A DNA stretch of 64,000 bases from Nostoc sp. DedSLP01 (GCA_034530875.2 JAVRCJ020000007.1:64001-128000), one strand, 5' to 3'. Numbered from the stretch's first letter, positions 1 to 11,008 are shown. Notes: generated by a model not told the origin, from the sequence alone. Made by a program: numbers and translations.

Positions 1-2873
1 GGAGACACAGGAGCATTGCCATATTCAACGCATAAATTGACTTGTTTGCATACTACTAGAGGTATGAGTTCTGGAGCACCTAAGTAGGCAGCAATCGATA
101 AACTTGACAGTAAACTCAACGCTGCTAGTTTATCAGGGTTAGTCATTTGAGGTAAGTAGAGCAAATCTGAAGCTTCTTTACCAGTCAAAATCGATGCAGT
201 TTCCTCTAATGCTTGCTCAATATCTGAAGGGTTCACTTTTTCGGGAAACTTCACTCCCAACAGCCTTAAGGCTTGTAGTCCTGTATTAATTGCATCAATG
301 AGCTTATTTTGCCCCATATAACCTTGAATCTGGACTTCATATACCTTCACTTTTTCCAATAGCGATGTGGCACAGTTTTGCACTACAGCAACAAATCTCT
401 GCATGAGGTCAAAATCACCGCTTAAATAAGCCACCTCTGCTGCTTCTTCGTGCAGGTTTAATGTTAGTTCATACTGATTTTTCCAACTATCTTCTGCTAG
501 CAATCCTAAACCTACCTGCAAATATTTAATGGCAGAATCGTGCGCGGTTGCAGCTTTTGCTTTTTGCCCTGCTATGAGGTTGAGTTGAGCGAGTTGATAT
601 TTTTCTGACTCAGATGTGAGTAGTTCCGTACCGTAATTGAGTTGATTAACTAGTGCAAATATGTTTTCTTTTTGTTCTTCTGGTGTTGTGTTTTGCAGCA
701 GTAATTGACCAATTCTCAGGTGCGTTGCTTTCTTCTGTTCGTCGGGAATCAATGAATAAGCGGCTTGTTGCACGCGATCGTGCAAGAATTTGTATATGGT
801 TGTTTGAGGACTAGAAATTAACGTCCCTACTCGAACTACAGTATTTTCTATTTCTTCTGGCTCGAATAATAGGGGTATTTTATATGAATTATCTAAGGTG
901 AAAATTAAACCTGCTTCCAGAGCTTCCCATAAATCTGCTGCTGTTTGTGACTGACTTGTTTGATTAACAGTTGCCAAAACTTCTAGAGTAAACTTATCTC
1001 CAATACAAGCCGCTATTTTTAAGATATTAATTGTTCGAGATGATAGTTTTTGAATTTGGCTAACCATCAAATCTACAACATTATCTGTATTGTTAATATC
1101 TTTTAACTGCCCGATTTTCCAGTGCCATCTACCAACAGAAAAATCAAAATTTATTAAATTCTCTTGGTACAGATATTTGAGTAATTGAGTTAAGAAAAAG
1201 GGATTACCTTGGGTTTTATCAGATAGTAACTCAGCCAGTGGTTTAACTGTTAAGCTACTGCTACGTAGAGTATCGGCTACCAACTGATTCACGCAGTCAA
1301 TATTTAAAGTTGTGAGAACAATATTATTGATAGTATTCCTAACTAGCTGAATTTGGTTTAAGGTATGAACTAAAGGATGAGTAGCACTGACTTCATTATC
1401 ACGATAAGCTCCAATTAATAATAAATATTCGCTGTCAGGATCGGTAACAATTAGCTCGATTAGCTTTAAAGAAGCTGAGTCTGCCCATTGCAAATCGTCT
1501 AAAAATAAAACTAAAGGATGTTCCCGTTGAGTAAAGACGTGAATAAATTTTTGAAATACCCGGTTGAAACGGTTTTGTGATTCTGTTGCACCTAGTTGTA
1601 TGACCGCAGGCTGAGAACCAATAATACGTTCTACTTCTGGAATCACATCTATAATTATTTGCCCATTTTCGTCAAGGGCTGCTAATAGTTTAGACTTCCA
1701 ATTTTTTAATGATTCAGCACTTTCTGTTAGCAGTTGCCGCATTAATTCTTGAAAGGCTTGAATTAATGAGGTATATGGAATATTACGTTTAAATTGGTCA
1801 AATTTACCAGAAATAAAGTATCCCCTTTGGCGAACAATTGGCTTATGAATTTCATTTACTAATGAAGACTTACCAATTCCTGAGTATCCGGACACCAGAA
1901 TCATTTCTGTTTGACCTTTACTGATACGTTCAAAGGCATCTAATAATGTATTGATTTCTGTTTCTCTACCATACAATTTTTGCGGAATTAGAAATTGGCT
2001 GGATAAATCTAATTTTCCAATAGGGAATTCAGCAATTTGACCGTTATTTTCTAACTGCTGGAGGCATAATTCTAAATCTGCTTTCAACCCCCAGGCACTT
2101 TGATATCTATCCTCAGCCATTTTTGCTAAGAGTTTCATCACTATTTGAGAAATCACTAGTGGAATTTCAGAATTAATCTCGTGAGGGAAAGCAGGAGTTT
2201 TTGCAATGTGGGAGTGAATTATTTCTAAAGGGTCGTTGTTATCAAAAGGTAGCAAACCAGTTAGCATTTGATAAAAGGTAATCCCTAAAGAATAAAAATC
2301 GGTACGATAATCAAGCGACCGATTCATTCTTCCAGTTTGTTCGGGAGACATATAGGCAAGAGTGCCTTCAATTAAGTTGGGGTTGCTGACGGTTGGGTTT
2401 TCTCTAGATAAGTGCGATGCAATACTAAAATCGATGAGTTTAACAGTCAGATTATCAGGATTAATAATAATATTTTGAGGTTTGATATCCTTATGGATAA
2501 CTTGTTTGTGGTGGATATTTGCTAAAGCTAATGCTAATTGATTAGCTATAGTTAGGAAATTTTTTAAAGATAATTTATGAGTATCGCTAAAATACTTGAG
2601 GGAGATGGCATTAAAATCTTCTATAACTAGAGCTAGCCTATTTTGATATTTTTCTAAAGCTAAAGCATGAATAACTTCATTAACTTCTATGAGGCTATTA
2701 AGAATATTATATTCGTGTTTGAATCCAGTTAACTGCTTTAAAGTGGGATATTCTGCTTTGAGAATTTTAATGATGACTGGAGTTTTATCTATCTGTTTGA
2801 GGGCGCGATAAACCAAGCTATCAATACCTTCGTTTAAGGTTTCTACAAAAGAATAGCCAGGAAGATTTAACAT
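1..2873 (-). CDS. Ser/Thr kinase-AAA ATPase multidomain protein (HstK-type), 3' end beyond window
   Basis: Not in the ORF track. Read manually from ATG at 2873: MLNLPGYSF..., HKDIKPQN, LIDFSIAS, GTLAYMSPEQTGRMNR, Walker A GYSGIGKS, LDDLQWAD, FLHDRVQQAAY. Collinear with the two paralogues. Confidence 0.93.
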   Translation of the reverse strand, partial: MLNLPGYSFVETLNEGIDSLVYRALKQIDKTPVIIKILKAEYPTLKQLTGFKHEYNILNSLIEVNEVIHALALEKYQNRLALVIEDFNAISLKYFSDTHKLSLKNFLTIANQLALALANIHHKQVIHKDIKPQNIIINPDNLTVKLIDFSIASHLSRENPTVSNPNLIEGTLAYMSPEQTGRMNRSLDYRTDFYSLGITFYQMLTGLLPFDNNDPLEIIHSHIAKTPAFPHEINSEIPLVISQIVMKLLAKMAEDRYQSAWGLKADLELCLQQLENNGQIAEFPIGKLDLSSQFLIPQKLYGRETEINTLLDAFERISKGQTEMILVSGYSGIGKSSLVNEIHKPIVRQRGYFISGKFDQFKRNIPYTSLIQAFQELMRQLLTESAESLKNWKSKLLAALDENGQIIIDVIPEVERIIGSQPAVIQLGATESQNRFNRVFQKFIHVFTQREHPLVLFLDDLQWADSASLKLIELIVTDPDSEYLLLIGAYRDNEVSATHPLVHTLNQIQLVRNTINNIVLTTLNIDCVNQLVADTLRSSSLTVKPLAELLSDKTQGNPFFLTQLLKYLYQENLINFDFSVGRWHWKIGQLKDINNTDNVVDLMVSQIQKLSSRTINILKIAACIGDKFTLEVLATVNQTSQSQTAADLWEALEAGLIFTLDNSYKIPLLFEPEEIENTVVRVGTLISSPQTTIYKFLHDRVQQAAYSLIPDEQKKATHLRIGQLLLQNTTPEEQKENIFALVNQLNYGTELLTSESEKYQLAQLNLIAGQKAKAATAHDSAIKYLQVGLGLLAEDSWKNQYELTLNLHEEAAEVAYLSGDFDLMQRFVAVVQNCATSLLEKVKVYEVQIQGYMGQNKLIDAINTGLQALRLLGVKFPEKVNPSDIEQALEETASILTGKEASDLLYLPQMTNPDKLAALSLLSSLSIAAYLGAPELIPLVVCKQVNLCVEYGNAPVS

Positions 2874-3168
2874 AATTTATGCTGTGTTGGAAAATCAGAG
2901 AATTGAACTGGAATGCATTTAAGTGTTTGCAAATTAAACTCTTAAATTCACAAAATAATTTGCTTTGTATATTAATAGTGCCCAGTTCAACTGATTTTAT
3001 TGTTAAACTTTAATAAACTAAATATTTAGGAATGTAACAGCATTGCTTATTTTTAACAAAACTCAATTGACAATTTAGCTAAAAGAATGCGAATAAATAT
3101 CGCGTAGAGAGGGAATAGGGAAAAAAGCGTACTAGCTTGGCAAAAATCAAGTAGGAGTTCTATAGATA

Positions 3169-6100
3169 CTAATAACTAAGAATAGGGAGAACAATCTCAA
3201 ATTCTGTGTCCTGGTTTGGTTGCGATCGCACGCTCAGAGTACCGCCATGTTGTTGGATAATCGAATAGCTGAAAAATAACCCCAGACCCGTACCGCGGCC
3301 TGCGGGTTTTGTTGTAAAGAATGGGTCAAAAATCCGGTTTTGAATACTCGCGGGAATCGTACTATCTGTATTAGCGATCGCAATTCGCAAATGTTCGGTG
3401 TTTATCGCTTCAGTACGAATCCGGATTTCCGGGTGTTCGCTACTTTCGGGATTATCTCGAATAGCGTCAATGGCATTATTAATGATATTTAGGAAAACTT
3501 GATTTAGCTGGCTAGGATAACAATTCACCAGCGGTAGATTGCCATATTCCTTGATTACTCGGATTTCAGGTTTATTTGTAGATGCTTGCAAGCGATATTG
3601 CAAAATTAATAACGTGCTTTCAATGCCGCTGTGTAAGTTTACAGCTTTGATTTCTGCTTCATCCAAGCGAGAAAAATTGCGTAAGCTCAAAACAATTTTA
3701 CTGATGCGATCGCTGCCCAGCTTCATAGATTCTAAAATCTGACTGACATCTGCAAACAGGAAATTCAGGTCAATTTCTTCGCTCTTAGCTTGAATGAATG
3801 GACTAGGTTGAGGATATTCCTGTTGATAAAGTTGCAACAAATTCGTTATCTCTACAATATAACTTTCTGTATGCGTGAGATTACCCTTGATAAAATTAAC
3901 AGGATTGTTAATTTCATGAGCAATACCAGCTACTATTTGACCCAAAGATGACATTTTCTCGCTATGAATTAATTGGGCTTGAGTTTGTTGTAATTTTTTC
4001 AAGGCTTGCTCTAAATCTTCAGCTTTTTGATTGAGAGCTTGGGTTTTTCGTTCTACCTCTGCTTCTAGGGTGTGGGAATAGTTTTCGGTTTGTTGATACA
4101 AACGAGCATTTTCTACAGAAATGGCGGCTTGGCTACTCAGCAGTTGCAGAATCTCGATGCGATCGCTACTAAAAGCGCCTACAGTTAAGTTATTTTCTAA
4201 ATACAAAATTCCAATGAGTTTTCCTTGGCGATTAATCGGAGTACACAACACCGATTTAGGTTTGTGAGTCATGATATAGCGATCGCCTGCAAATTGCACT
4301 GCATCGCTCAAGTTTTCAAACACAGCCGTATTTTGAGTTCGCGCTACCGTATAAATCAAACTCTGGGGAATTTCTTGATATTCTTCTAGGGGAATTTCTA
4401 AAGTTTTTGAGCGTTCTCGGTCGGCTTGAGCGACAACTAACCATTGTTCGTCTTGGCGCAGGATAAAATAACCGATTTGTGCGCCAGCATTAGCGATCGC
4501 AATCTGCATTAAGGTTTTTAATAGTTTCTCTAATTCAATTTGTTGAGAAATTGCCTGTGCTGCTTTCATTACTGTCGGAAAATCTAACCACAAATTTTGG
4601 CCGCTACTGGCGCTAGTGACACTTTTCACTAGGGTATGAGCGATGGTTGCGGTAGGTGTAATTGTCAGGTGAGGAGGTTGGAGAATGGGCGCTAGCAGTT
4701 GCGGATAGTGTTGTTCTAAATGGGCGACTTTCGCCTTAGCACCCCAACGAGCATAACAGTAGTAAGCTTCTTGCATATAGCCTGCGGCTACCTTCTGTTT
4801 ACCCCAAGCGAGATAAAACTTAGCCGCTAATTCATTCCCCAAAGCTTCTTCTTGAATATAGCCGTTAACTTTAGCAAGAGCGATCGCTTTATCGTATAAC
4901 TCAATGGCTTCTGTTTTGTGTCCTAATACTCGGCATTTTTCCGCCGCTACCAAATCGAGTTTGTGTTGGTGATTCATCGGTGCATAATGCGCCCAATGCT
5001 GTTGCAGTTGCGTTTGGTTTTGTTCCACGCGCTCTAATGCTTGCGATGTCTCCTCCAATCCTGGATTCAAAGCTGCTAAAACTATCAAAGAATCATAAAA
5101 ATAAACCGCAGGTTCAGAGACAAATCCAGCACCAGCAGTTGAATATTTTCTAAGTTCAACTACATAGTTTGTCGCTTGCTCAATTTCCCCGAATAAGAAA
5201 CAAAGCAACACTTTATACAAATAAAAGAAATATAATCCAATGGAATCATTAGCAGACAATAATAAGGGCAGAAATTGAGTTTCTTGCACAGCTTCCCCAG
5301 CTAAAATAACCGGATGCTCCCCAACTCCCAGCAAATTTAAAATAGATTGCCAATAAATTCGGCAGTAATTAGCTGCTGTTAATTGGTTCAATTGCAATAA
5401 TCCATTGCAGTAAGCGCGTACATCTTGTTCTAAAGTCGGTAAGGGCTGACCGCACCAAAAAGAATTCAAACAAAAACCGTAGGCAGAATATCCAGCAAAC
5501 TCTGGGTTACCGACTTCGAGTCCAGTTACATAACCTTCTTGAGAGATTGATAGTGATTCTTGAGTGTGAGATTTGCGGTGGACAATAAACAGTCCTAGCA
5601 CAGGTAAGACTTGAGCTTTTACAGCTTTGGCATCAAATTTGGCGATGATACCGAGCGCCAATTGTCCAAATTTTGTTGCTGTATCTACATCTTGTTGCAT
5701 ACTACATACAATGATGCCACAGCAAGCATAGCTATAAGCTGAGAGCGATGTATTTCCATATTGAATAGATAATTTAACTGCCAGAGAAACTAGTAATGGA
5801 AATAAGCTAGAGCCGGAGTTAAAAGCTGCTGGAAAAATACTATTAGTAATTTGAAGAGTTGCGAGTTTTTCTGCATCAGTCATTACAGGTAAATGAACTA
5901 AATCTGCAATTTCTCTGTTGCCAATAAGTTCCTTAATTTCTTGGATTGTCTGTTGAATATCTGTCAGTGTTGGTATTTCGGGAAATATGACACCAAATTG
6001 TTGCAAAACTTGTCTACCGATCGCCAGACTTTCTGCAAGTCGATTCCCAGAAGAATAAGCTTGTATTCTGATTCGGTAAACATTGGCTTTTTCTACTAAG

Positions 6101-8589
6101 GAATGTGCCCGATCGCTTACAAGATCGATGAAATGTTCCATCATTTCAAAATCACCGCACAAGAAAGCTAATTCAGCAGCTAATTCATGAAAAGTAAGGG
6201 TGATTTCGTATTGCTGTTGCCAAGCTTTTTCTCCTAATAAAGATAATCCAACTTTCACATATTCCCGGCCCGCTTGATAGGCGGTGGCGCTTTTGGCTTT
6301 GCGACAAGCTGTGAGGTTAAGTTGTGCTAATTCGTCGCGTTCGCTTTGTTCGGTAATTAAAGCAGTTCCATAGTTGAGGTGACCGATTAGTTCAAAAATG
6401 CGATCGAATGTTGCTTCTGGAGAAATCTTTTCTAGGAGTAGTTGTCCGATATGATAATGGGTGGTTTGTTTTTGGTCTTCAGGAATCAGAGAATAAGCAG
6501 CTTGTTGGACGCGATCGTGCAGAAAACGATAAACGAGATTTTCAATATTGCTAGTATTTGCATCTACTTCATCATAGCTAAGATAAAATTTATACACTTG
6601 ACTTTGCGGCAAAATCAGCCCTTCTTGTAAAGCTTTCCACAAAGCCGTTGCTGTATCTGCTGACGATCGCTCGCAAACAATCGCCAAGGTTGCTAAGTCA
6701 AATTGATTGCCGATACAAGCAGCTAATTTAAGTATTTGTTGCGTTTCTTTTGGCAATTTCTGCAACTGCTGTGCCATAAACTCTACGACATCATCAGTGA
6801 GAGAAAGCGCATTTATTTGGCTAAGATCGCATTCCCAATATCCTCGATCGCGATTAAACTGAATCTGTCCATCTTCGTGTAACGCTTTGAGAAACTGGGT
6901 GATAAAAAACGGATTGCCTTGGGTTTTGCGATCGATTAATTCTGTGATGGGACGCGTTCGCTCAACTGCACAATGTAATGTATCAGCAACTAATTGATTC
7001 GTATCGCTCAATGCCAAAGGTGAAAGGGTAATTATATTAACAGTTTTGTTAGCTTTTTTCAGTGCTTCTACTGTTAAGATAAACGGATGTGCCGCTTGTA
7101 CTTCATTGTCTCGATAAGCCCCCAACAAAAGTAGATAGCTGTTATCTTGCATCAACAGTTTAATCAACGCCAGGGAAGCTGAATCTGCCCACTGTAAATC
7201 ATCGAGAAACATTACTAACGGATGTTCTTCCGTGGTAAAGACAGCAATAAATTTTTGGAACAATAAATTAAAGCGATTTTGTGCCGCAGTTCCTGATAGT
7301 TCTGGTGCTGGAGGTTGCTGACCGATAATAACTTCTAATTCCGGAATCACCTCAATCAAAACTTGTCCGTTGTTACCCACAACTGCGAGAATTTTAGTTT
7401 TCCACTGTGCTAATTGCGCGTCAGATTCTGATAATAATTGCCCCATTAAATCCCGTAAAGCTTGGACAAAAGCTGATAGGGGAATATTGCGATTAAACTG
7501 GTCAAATTTGCCTTTGATGAAATACCCTTGCTGGCGGGTAATTGGCTTATGAACTTCATGGACTACCGCAGTTTTACCAATCCCCGAAAATCCCGCCACT
7601 AGCATCATTTCAGATGTGCCATTGGCTACGCGCTCAAAAGCTTGGAGTAAGATGGCAACTTCTTTTTCTCGCCCATAAAGTTTGTCTGCAATTGTAAAGC
7701 GATCGCATACATCGTGCTGACCAATTTCAAAATCTTCAATTTTACTAGTTTCTTTGAATTGGATCAGACATTTTTCTAAATCAAATTTTAAACCCAGGGC
7801 ACTTTGATAACGGTCTTCAGCATTTTTCGCCATCAACTTCATCACAATATTAGAAAGCACCTGCGGAATTTCTTTCGTGTAACTTAATTCCGCAGGCATT
7901 TTAGCAATATGGCAATGCACCAATTCCATCGGATCGTCAGATATAAAGGGTAATTCTCCTGTTAATAATTCATAAAATGTAACGCCCAAGGAATAAAAAT
8001 CGCTGCGATAATCTATACCTCGATTCATTCTCCCAGTTTGTTCGGGTGAAATATAAGCGAGGGTTCCTTCTAAAACATTGGGGCTTTTAAGTTCTTGAGT
8101 TTCTTTAGGTAATAACGAGGCGATACTAAAGTCAATAAGTTGAACTTGTTTAGTTTCGGGATGAATCAGGATGTTTGCAGGTTTGATATCTTTGTGAATT
8201 ACACGGTTTTGATGTAAACCGTGGAGAATATTAGTTAATTGAATGGCGATCGCGAAAAATTCAACTAGAGAGATAGTAGTAGTTTTAATATATTCTCGTA
8301 AAGAAATTTCACCACCATCTGCCGTCACCAAAATATAACCGTTTCCACAGGTTTCTAACGATAAGGGATGAATTATACCAGGAATATTCAGATTTTTGCT
8401 AATAATGTATTGATTGCGAAATTGTAATAATTCATTGAAACTAGGATATTCAGATGTTAGAAGTTTAATGACTACTGCGAGTGTTCCCTGTTCTCGGATT
8501 GCTCGATATACCCTAGTTCTGGAACCTGCATAAAGTTGAGAGCTAATCTCATATCCAGGAATAATCGGGCTTTGACTCGCAATACTCAT
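3169..8589 (-). CDS. Ser/Thr kinase-AAA ATPase-GAF-histidine kinase
   Basis: HKDIKPAN, GFSGIGKT, GAF (SVLCTPI...LYLENN), H-box AHEINNP, FDPFFTTK, GTGLGL. Confidence 0.95.
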   Translation of the reverse strand: MSIASQSPIIPGYEISSQLYAGSRTRVYRAIREQGTLAVVIKLLTSEYPSFNELLQFRNQYIISKNLNIPGIIHPLSLETCGNGYILVTADGGEISLREYIKTTTISLVEFFAIAIQLTNILHGLHQNRVIHKDIKPANILIHPETKQVQLIDFSIASLLPKETQELKSPNVLEGTLAYISPEQTGRMNRGIDYRSDFYSLGVTFYELLTGELPFISDDPMELVHCHIAKMPAELSYTKEIPQVLSNIVMKLMAKNAEDRYQSALGLKFDLEKCLIQFKETSKIEDFEIGQHDVCDRFTIADKLYGREKEVAILLQAFERVANGTSEMMLVAGFSGIGKTAVVHEVHKPITRQQGYFIKGKFDQFNRNIPLSAFVQALRDLMGQLLSESDAQLAQWKTKILAVVGNNGQVLIEVIPELEVIIGQQPPAPELSGTAAQNRFNLLFQKFIAVFTTEEHPLVMFLDDLQWADSASLALIKLLMQDNSYLLLLGAYRDNEVQAAHPFILTVEALKKANKTVNIITLSPLALSDTNQLVADTLHCAVERTRPITELIDRKTQGNPFFITQFLKALHEDGQIQFNRDRGYWECDLSQINALSLTDDVVEFMAQQLQKLPKETQQILKLAACIGNQFDLATLAIVCERSSADTATALWKALQEGLILPQSQVYKFYLSYDEVDANTSNIENLVYRFLHDRVQQAAYSLIPEDQKQTTHYHIGQLLLEKISPEATFDRIFELIGHLNYGTALITEQSERDELAQLNLTACRKAKSATAYQAGREYVKVGLSLLGEKAWQQQYEITLTFHELAAELAFLCGDFEMMEHFIDLVSDRAHSLVEKANVYRIRIQAYSSGNRLAESLAIGRQVLQQFGVIFPEIPTLTDIQQTIQEIKELIGNREIADLVHLPVMTDAEKLATLQITNSIFPAAFNSGSSLFPLLVSLAVKLSIQYGNTSLSAYSYACCGIIVCSMQQDVDTATKFGQLALGIIAKFDAKAVKAQVLPVLGLFIVHRKSHTQESLSISQEGYVTGLEVGNPEFAGYSAYGFCLNSFWCGQPLPTLEQDVRAYCNGLLQLNQLTAANYCRIYWQSILNLLGVGEHPVILAGEAVQETQFLPLLLSANDSIGLYFFYLYKVLLCFLFGEIEQATNYVVELRKYSTAGAGFVSEPAVYFYDSLIVLAALNPGLEETSQALERVEQNQTQLQQHWAHYAPMNHQHKLDLVAAEKCRVLGHKTEAIELYDKAIALAKVNGYIQEEALGNELAAKFYLAWGKQKVAAGYMQEAYYCYARWGAKAKVAHLEQHYPQLLAPILQPPHLTITPTATIAHTLVKSVTSASSGQNLWLDFPTVMKAAQAISQQIELEKLLKTLMQIAIANAGAQIGYFILRQDEQWLVVAQADRERSKTLEIPLEEYQEIPQSLIYTVARTQNTAVFENLSDAVQFAGDRYIMTHKPKSVLCTPINRQGKLIGILYLENNLTVGAFSSDRIEILQLLSSQAAISVENARLYQQTENYSHTLEAEVERKTQALNQKAEDLEQALKKLQQTQAQLIHSEKMSSLGQIVAGIAHEINNPVNFIKGNLTHTESYIVEITNLLQLYQQEYPQPSPFIQAKSEEIDLNFLFADVSQILESMKLGSDRISKIVLSLRNFSRLDEAEIKAVNLHSGIESTLLILQYRLQASTNKPEIRVIKEYGNLPLVNCYPSQLNQVFLNIINNAIDAIRDNPESSEHPEIRIRTEAINTEHLRIAIANTDSTIPASIQNRIFDPFFTTKPAGRGTGLGLFFSYSIIQQHGGTLSVRSQPNQDTEFEIVLPILSY

Positions 8590-8962
8590 TTATACTTACC
8601 TCATCGTACAAGTTCGTTTTTGTTTGATGAAGTTAGTATTCCCAAAGGCCATCTGAGTTTTCGCGTCAGATAAAAAAATTAGCAGGATTTAAAATTTTAG
8701 ATAGGATTATAAAGATTATTCTGTTGCGATCGCAAACAATCCTCAATTTGTAATAAGTATAAGGCAGGAGGCAGTTCTTGCTGGAGGCAGGAGGTAAAAC
8801 CCTCAATAATAAAAGGTTTTGCTGGTTTGGTTTTTACATTTAATTATGTCTGCTTACTTATCAATTTGAAATAATAATGCTACAGATATATGCGTATGGG
8901 TGTACATCTGTATACCTATAGAGGTGATTTATTTATTGCCAAGATTTTTGATAACGATATTC

Positions 8963-8995
8963 AAAAAAGCCCGGTGCTGAAAATAACCGGGCTTT
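8963..8995 (-). terminator. Intrinsic terminator of hspA
   Basis: AAAGCCCGGT/ACCGGGCTTT stem with a T-run on the minus strand, about 45 nt after the hspA stop. Confidence 0.8.
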
Positions 8996-9039
8996 GAGTT
9001 AGCTCAATCTATCATCAAAGGAGGTAGAGTTGTTTCACA

Positions 9040-9489
9040 TTATGCAGTAGGTTCGAGATTAACCTTAACAACTTTGTTCTTTTCTTCCTCGGACTTAGGC
9101 AGTGTCAAATTCAAGATACCGTCTTTATAATCTGCTGTGACATTGGTATTTTGAATCCGAGCAGATAGAGGAATTACACGTTGGAACTTACCATAGTAGA
9201 ATTCGCTCTTGGTAGTGCCATTGTTTTCGGTTTTAGTTTCAGATTTGCGTTCGCCGCTAATGTAAACAGCATCTTCAGTAACTTGAATATCCAGGTCTTT
9301 AGCATCAATTCCTGGCAGTTCTAGCTTCAGGTGCAGAGCATCATCAGTTTCTTGCAATTCAGCAGCTGGAACTTTAATAAAATCTCTATCAAATGATGCC
9401 GATGGTACTCTCGTATCTTCAAACAAACTGTTGATTTGGCGTTGTAGAGTGTCAATTTCTCTCCAGGGATTCCAACGAACTAGTGCCAT
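9040..9489 (-). CDS. hspA: Small heat-shock protein Hsp20/HspA
   Basis: MALVRWNPW start, ELPG, GERK, FYYGKFQR, YKDGILNLTLPK alpha-crystallin motifs; ATG 9489 follows a GGAG RBS. Confidence 0.93.
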   Translation of the reverse strand: MALVRWNPWREIDTLQRQINSLFEDTRVPSASFDRDFIKVPAAELQETDDALHLKLELPGIDAKDLDIQVTEDAVYISGERKSETKTENNGTTKSEFYYGKFQRVIPLSARIQNTNVTADYKDGILNLTLPKSEEEKNKVVKVNLEPTA

Positions 9490-9583
9490 AACTCCAACTC
9501 TCTTTAAATAGTTTCTGTTTAATTGTTTTTGCACTTCGTTTAGTGCTTACATATTGATATTATCTTTGGTCAAAATTCTGGTA

Positions 9584-9680
9584 ATTTCGGTTTTCATCAC
9601 CTAAGAAAATGATAATTACCGTACTCAATTAAGTAGGGAAAAGATTACGGTTTCCTGGAATTTTTCAGTTCGGTAAACCA
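9584..9680. promoter_or_regulatory. Repeated TTCGGT/TACGGT/GTTCGG boxes upstream of hspA (possible Rre1-type sites)
   Basis: TTTCGGTTT, ATTACGGTTT and GTTCGGTAAA (9668) within about 100 nt; regulator assignment is inference. Confidence 0.4.
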
Positions 9681-9692
9681 GAATATATAGGG

Positions 9693-9852
9693 GCGGTTAG
9701 AAACCGCGTCTACACAAACAAAAGCTACCGATCCTGGGTTTCAAAACGTTGATTTTCCCTTAAGACAAGGCAGGCAGACTTTTCTACGAGACGCTACGCG
9801 TAGCTTGCTTCTCCGTAGGAGTACGCCTGTATAGCTGCGAATTTCATTCGCC
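9693..9852. repeat. Degenerate dispersed repeat with nested small palindromic element
   Basis: GCGGTTAGAAACCGC... head; inner CTACGAGACGCTACGCGTAGCTTGCTT...GTACGC (9784-9826) recurs inverted at 60949-60991. Confidence 0.6.
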
Positions 9853-9884
9853 AAGGCTTAAGTTGATTTAATTCTCAAAGGGTA

Positions 9885-9985
9885 TATAGCAGTCCTAAAT
9901 GAGTTGCAAACACATCTATTCCCTATTCCCCATTCCCTATTCCCTGCCTCTACGAGTAGTTTGTAAATCAAATAGGATTGCTATA
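9885..9985. mobile_element. MITE-like element with TATAGCARTCCTA termini
   Basis: TATAGCAGTCCTAAATGA ... TCAAATAGGATTGCTATA imperfect TIRs around CCTATTC heptamers. Confidence 0.65.
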
Positions 9986-9993
9986 TTTCTAAA

Positions 9994-10145
9994 ACAACAA
10001 CACCCAAGCTCTACTCACTTAGTCACTTCCTCACATCCATCAACAGTTTAGGGTTGTACCGATTGAAATATATTGAGCTATCGGTCACATTACCCTCTAT
10101 CCACCATTAGGAGGAAATATCAGCGTTCGAGTTGGGTGTTGTTGT
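9994..10145 (-). ncRNA. Candidate rod-shaped structured ncRNA
   Basis: Perfect 14-bp closing inverted repeat plus nested helices TTCCTC/GAGGAA, AGGGT/ACCCT, ACCGAT/ATCGGT; G-U extensions favour the minus strand. Confidence 0.45.
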
Positions 10146-10341
10146 CAGTTGACGAGACAGATTAAGATGAAACAGCGTTTTTACCTCTTAACTAAATTGA
10201 ACATTGGCTGTTAAATCTGCCAGGGAAGCTTTAGTGCTTCAATTAATAAGTTATCACTCTCTAAAAAGAGGAGATTTAATTTGATACTAAACTTAACTTT
10301 TTAGATATGGCGCGATCGCCTACCTACCCGCACCTGATTTT

Positions 10342-10632
10342 TTAGCGATGGACTGCAACTCGCTTACCGGGGTCTTGTTTTCTTACCCATGCCAAGAATT
10401 TTTGCATTTGCGGTTCGTTAGTGAGTTTTTCTAAAGTATTAAGTTCTCTGGCAAGTAGTTTGTTGTCAAACAAGGCATGAATCTGACGATGGCAGGGAGA
10501 ACAGATGTTTACTGTTGGGCCTGGATCTTGTTTTTTGCGTTTGGTATTTTGCCGTGGAACTAAGTGATGGACAGTCAAAGATTCCATCTCTCTACGGCAG
10601 AGTTCGCATTGCTGTTGTTGATTGTTAGACAC
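10342..10632 (-). CDS. Small HNH endonuclease (Zn-binding)
   Basis: CELC..TVHHLVP...CSPCHRQIH. Confidence 0.85.
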   Translation of the reverse strand: MSNNQQQQCELCRREMESLTVHHLVPRQNTKRKKQDPGPTVNICSPCHRQIHALFDNKLLARELNTLEKLTNEPQMQKFLAWVRKQDPGKRVAVHR

Positions 10633-10650
10633 GTGATTTAACCTTTGTTG

Positions 10651-11008
10651 TTAATTCTTGCGTTCCAGGTTACTCAGCCGATGGCGATCGCACAGGCGAA
10701 TTGTTGTACCATCGATTTCGATTATTCCTTCTTGGCTAAGTTTATAAAAGGTGCGGGATAGCGTTTCTGGAATTGTGCCTAGTAATGCGGCAAGTTGTCT
10801 TTTAGGTAAATCTAGCTTAACAATATCAGTATTACCGTTGCGATGGCTCAAATTTAATAAGTACTTTGCCAAGCGTTCCGGGACTTCTTGAAACGAGAGG
10901 CTATCAACCAAATGTGTTAACTTTCGTAGGTGTTTGGCAAAAGTTCCTAAAATAGCGATCGCCAGCATTGGATGTTGCTGCAAAACCATCAAAAAGGCTG
11001 CTCTGTTT
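10651..11008 (-). pseudogene. Crp/Fnr-family regulator, 5'-truncated
   Basis: Only the dimerisation helix and HTH (LAALLGTIPETLSR) remain; the sensor domain is missing. Confidence 0.8.

Noticed and set aside
9994..10145. Retron msr/msd or integron attC
   Set aside because: No reverse transcriptase or integrase in the window
10972..11007. Track start for hcp and its overlap with crp
   Set aside because: These codons are the antisense of the crp remnant, a by-product of the deletion
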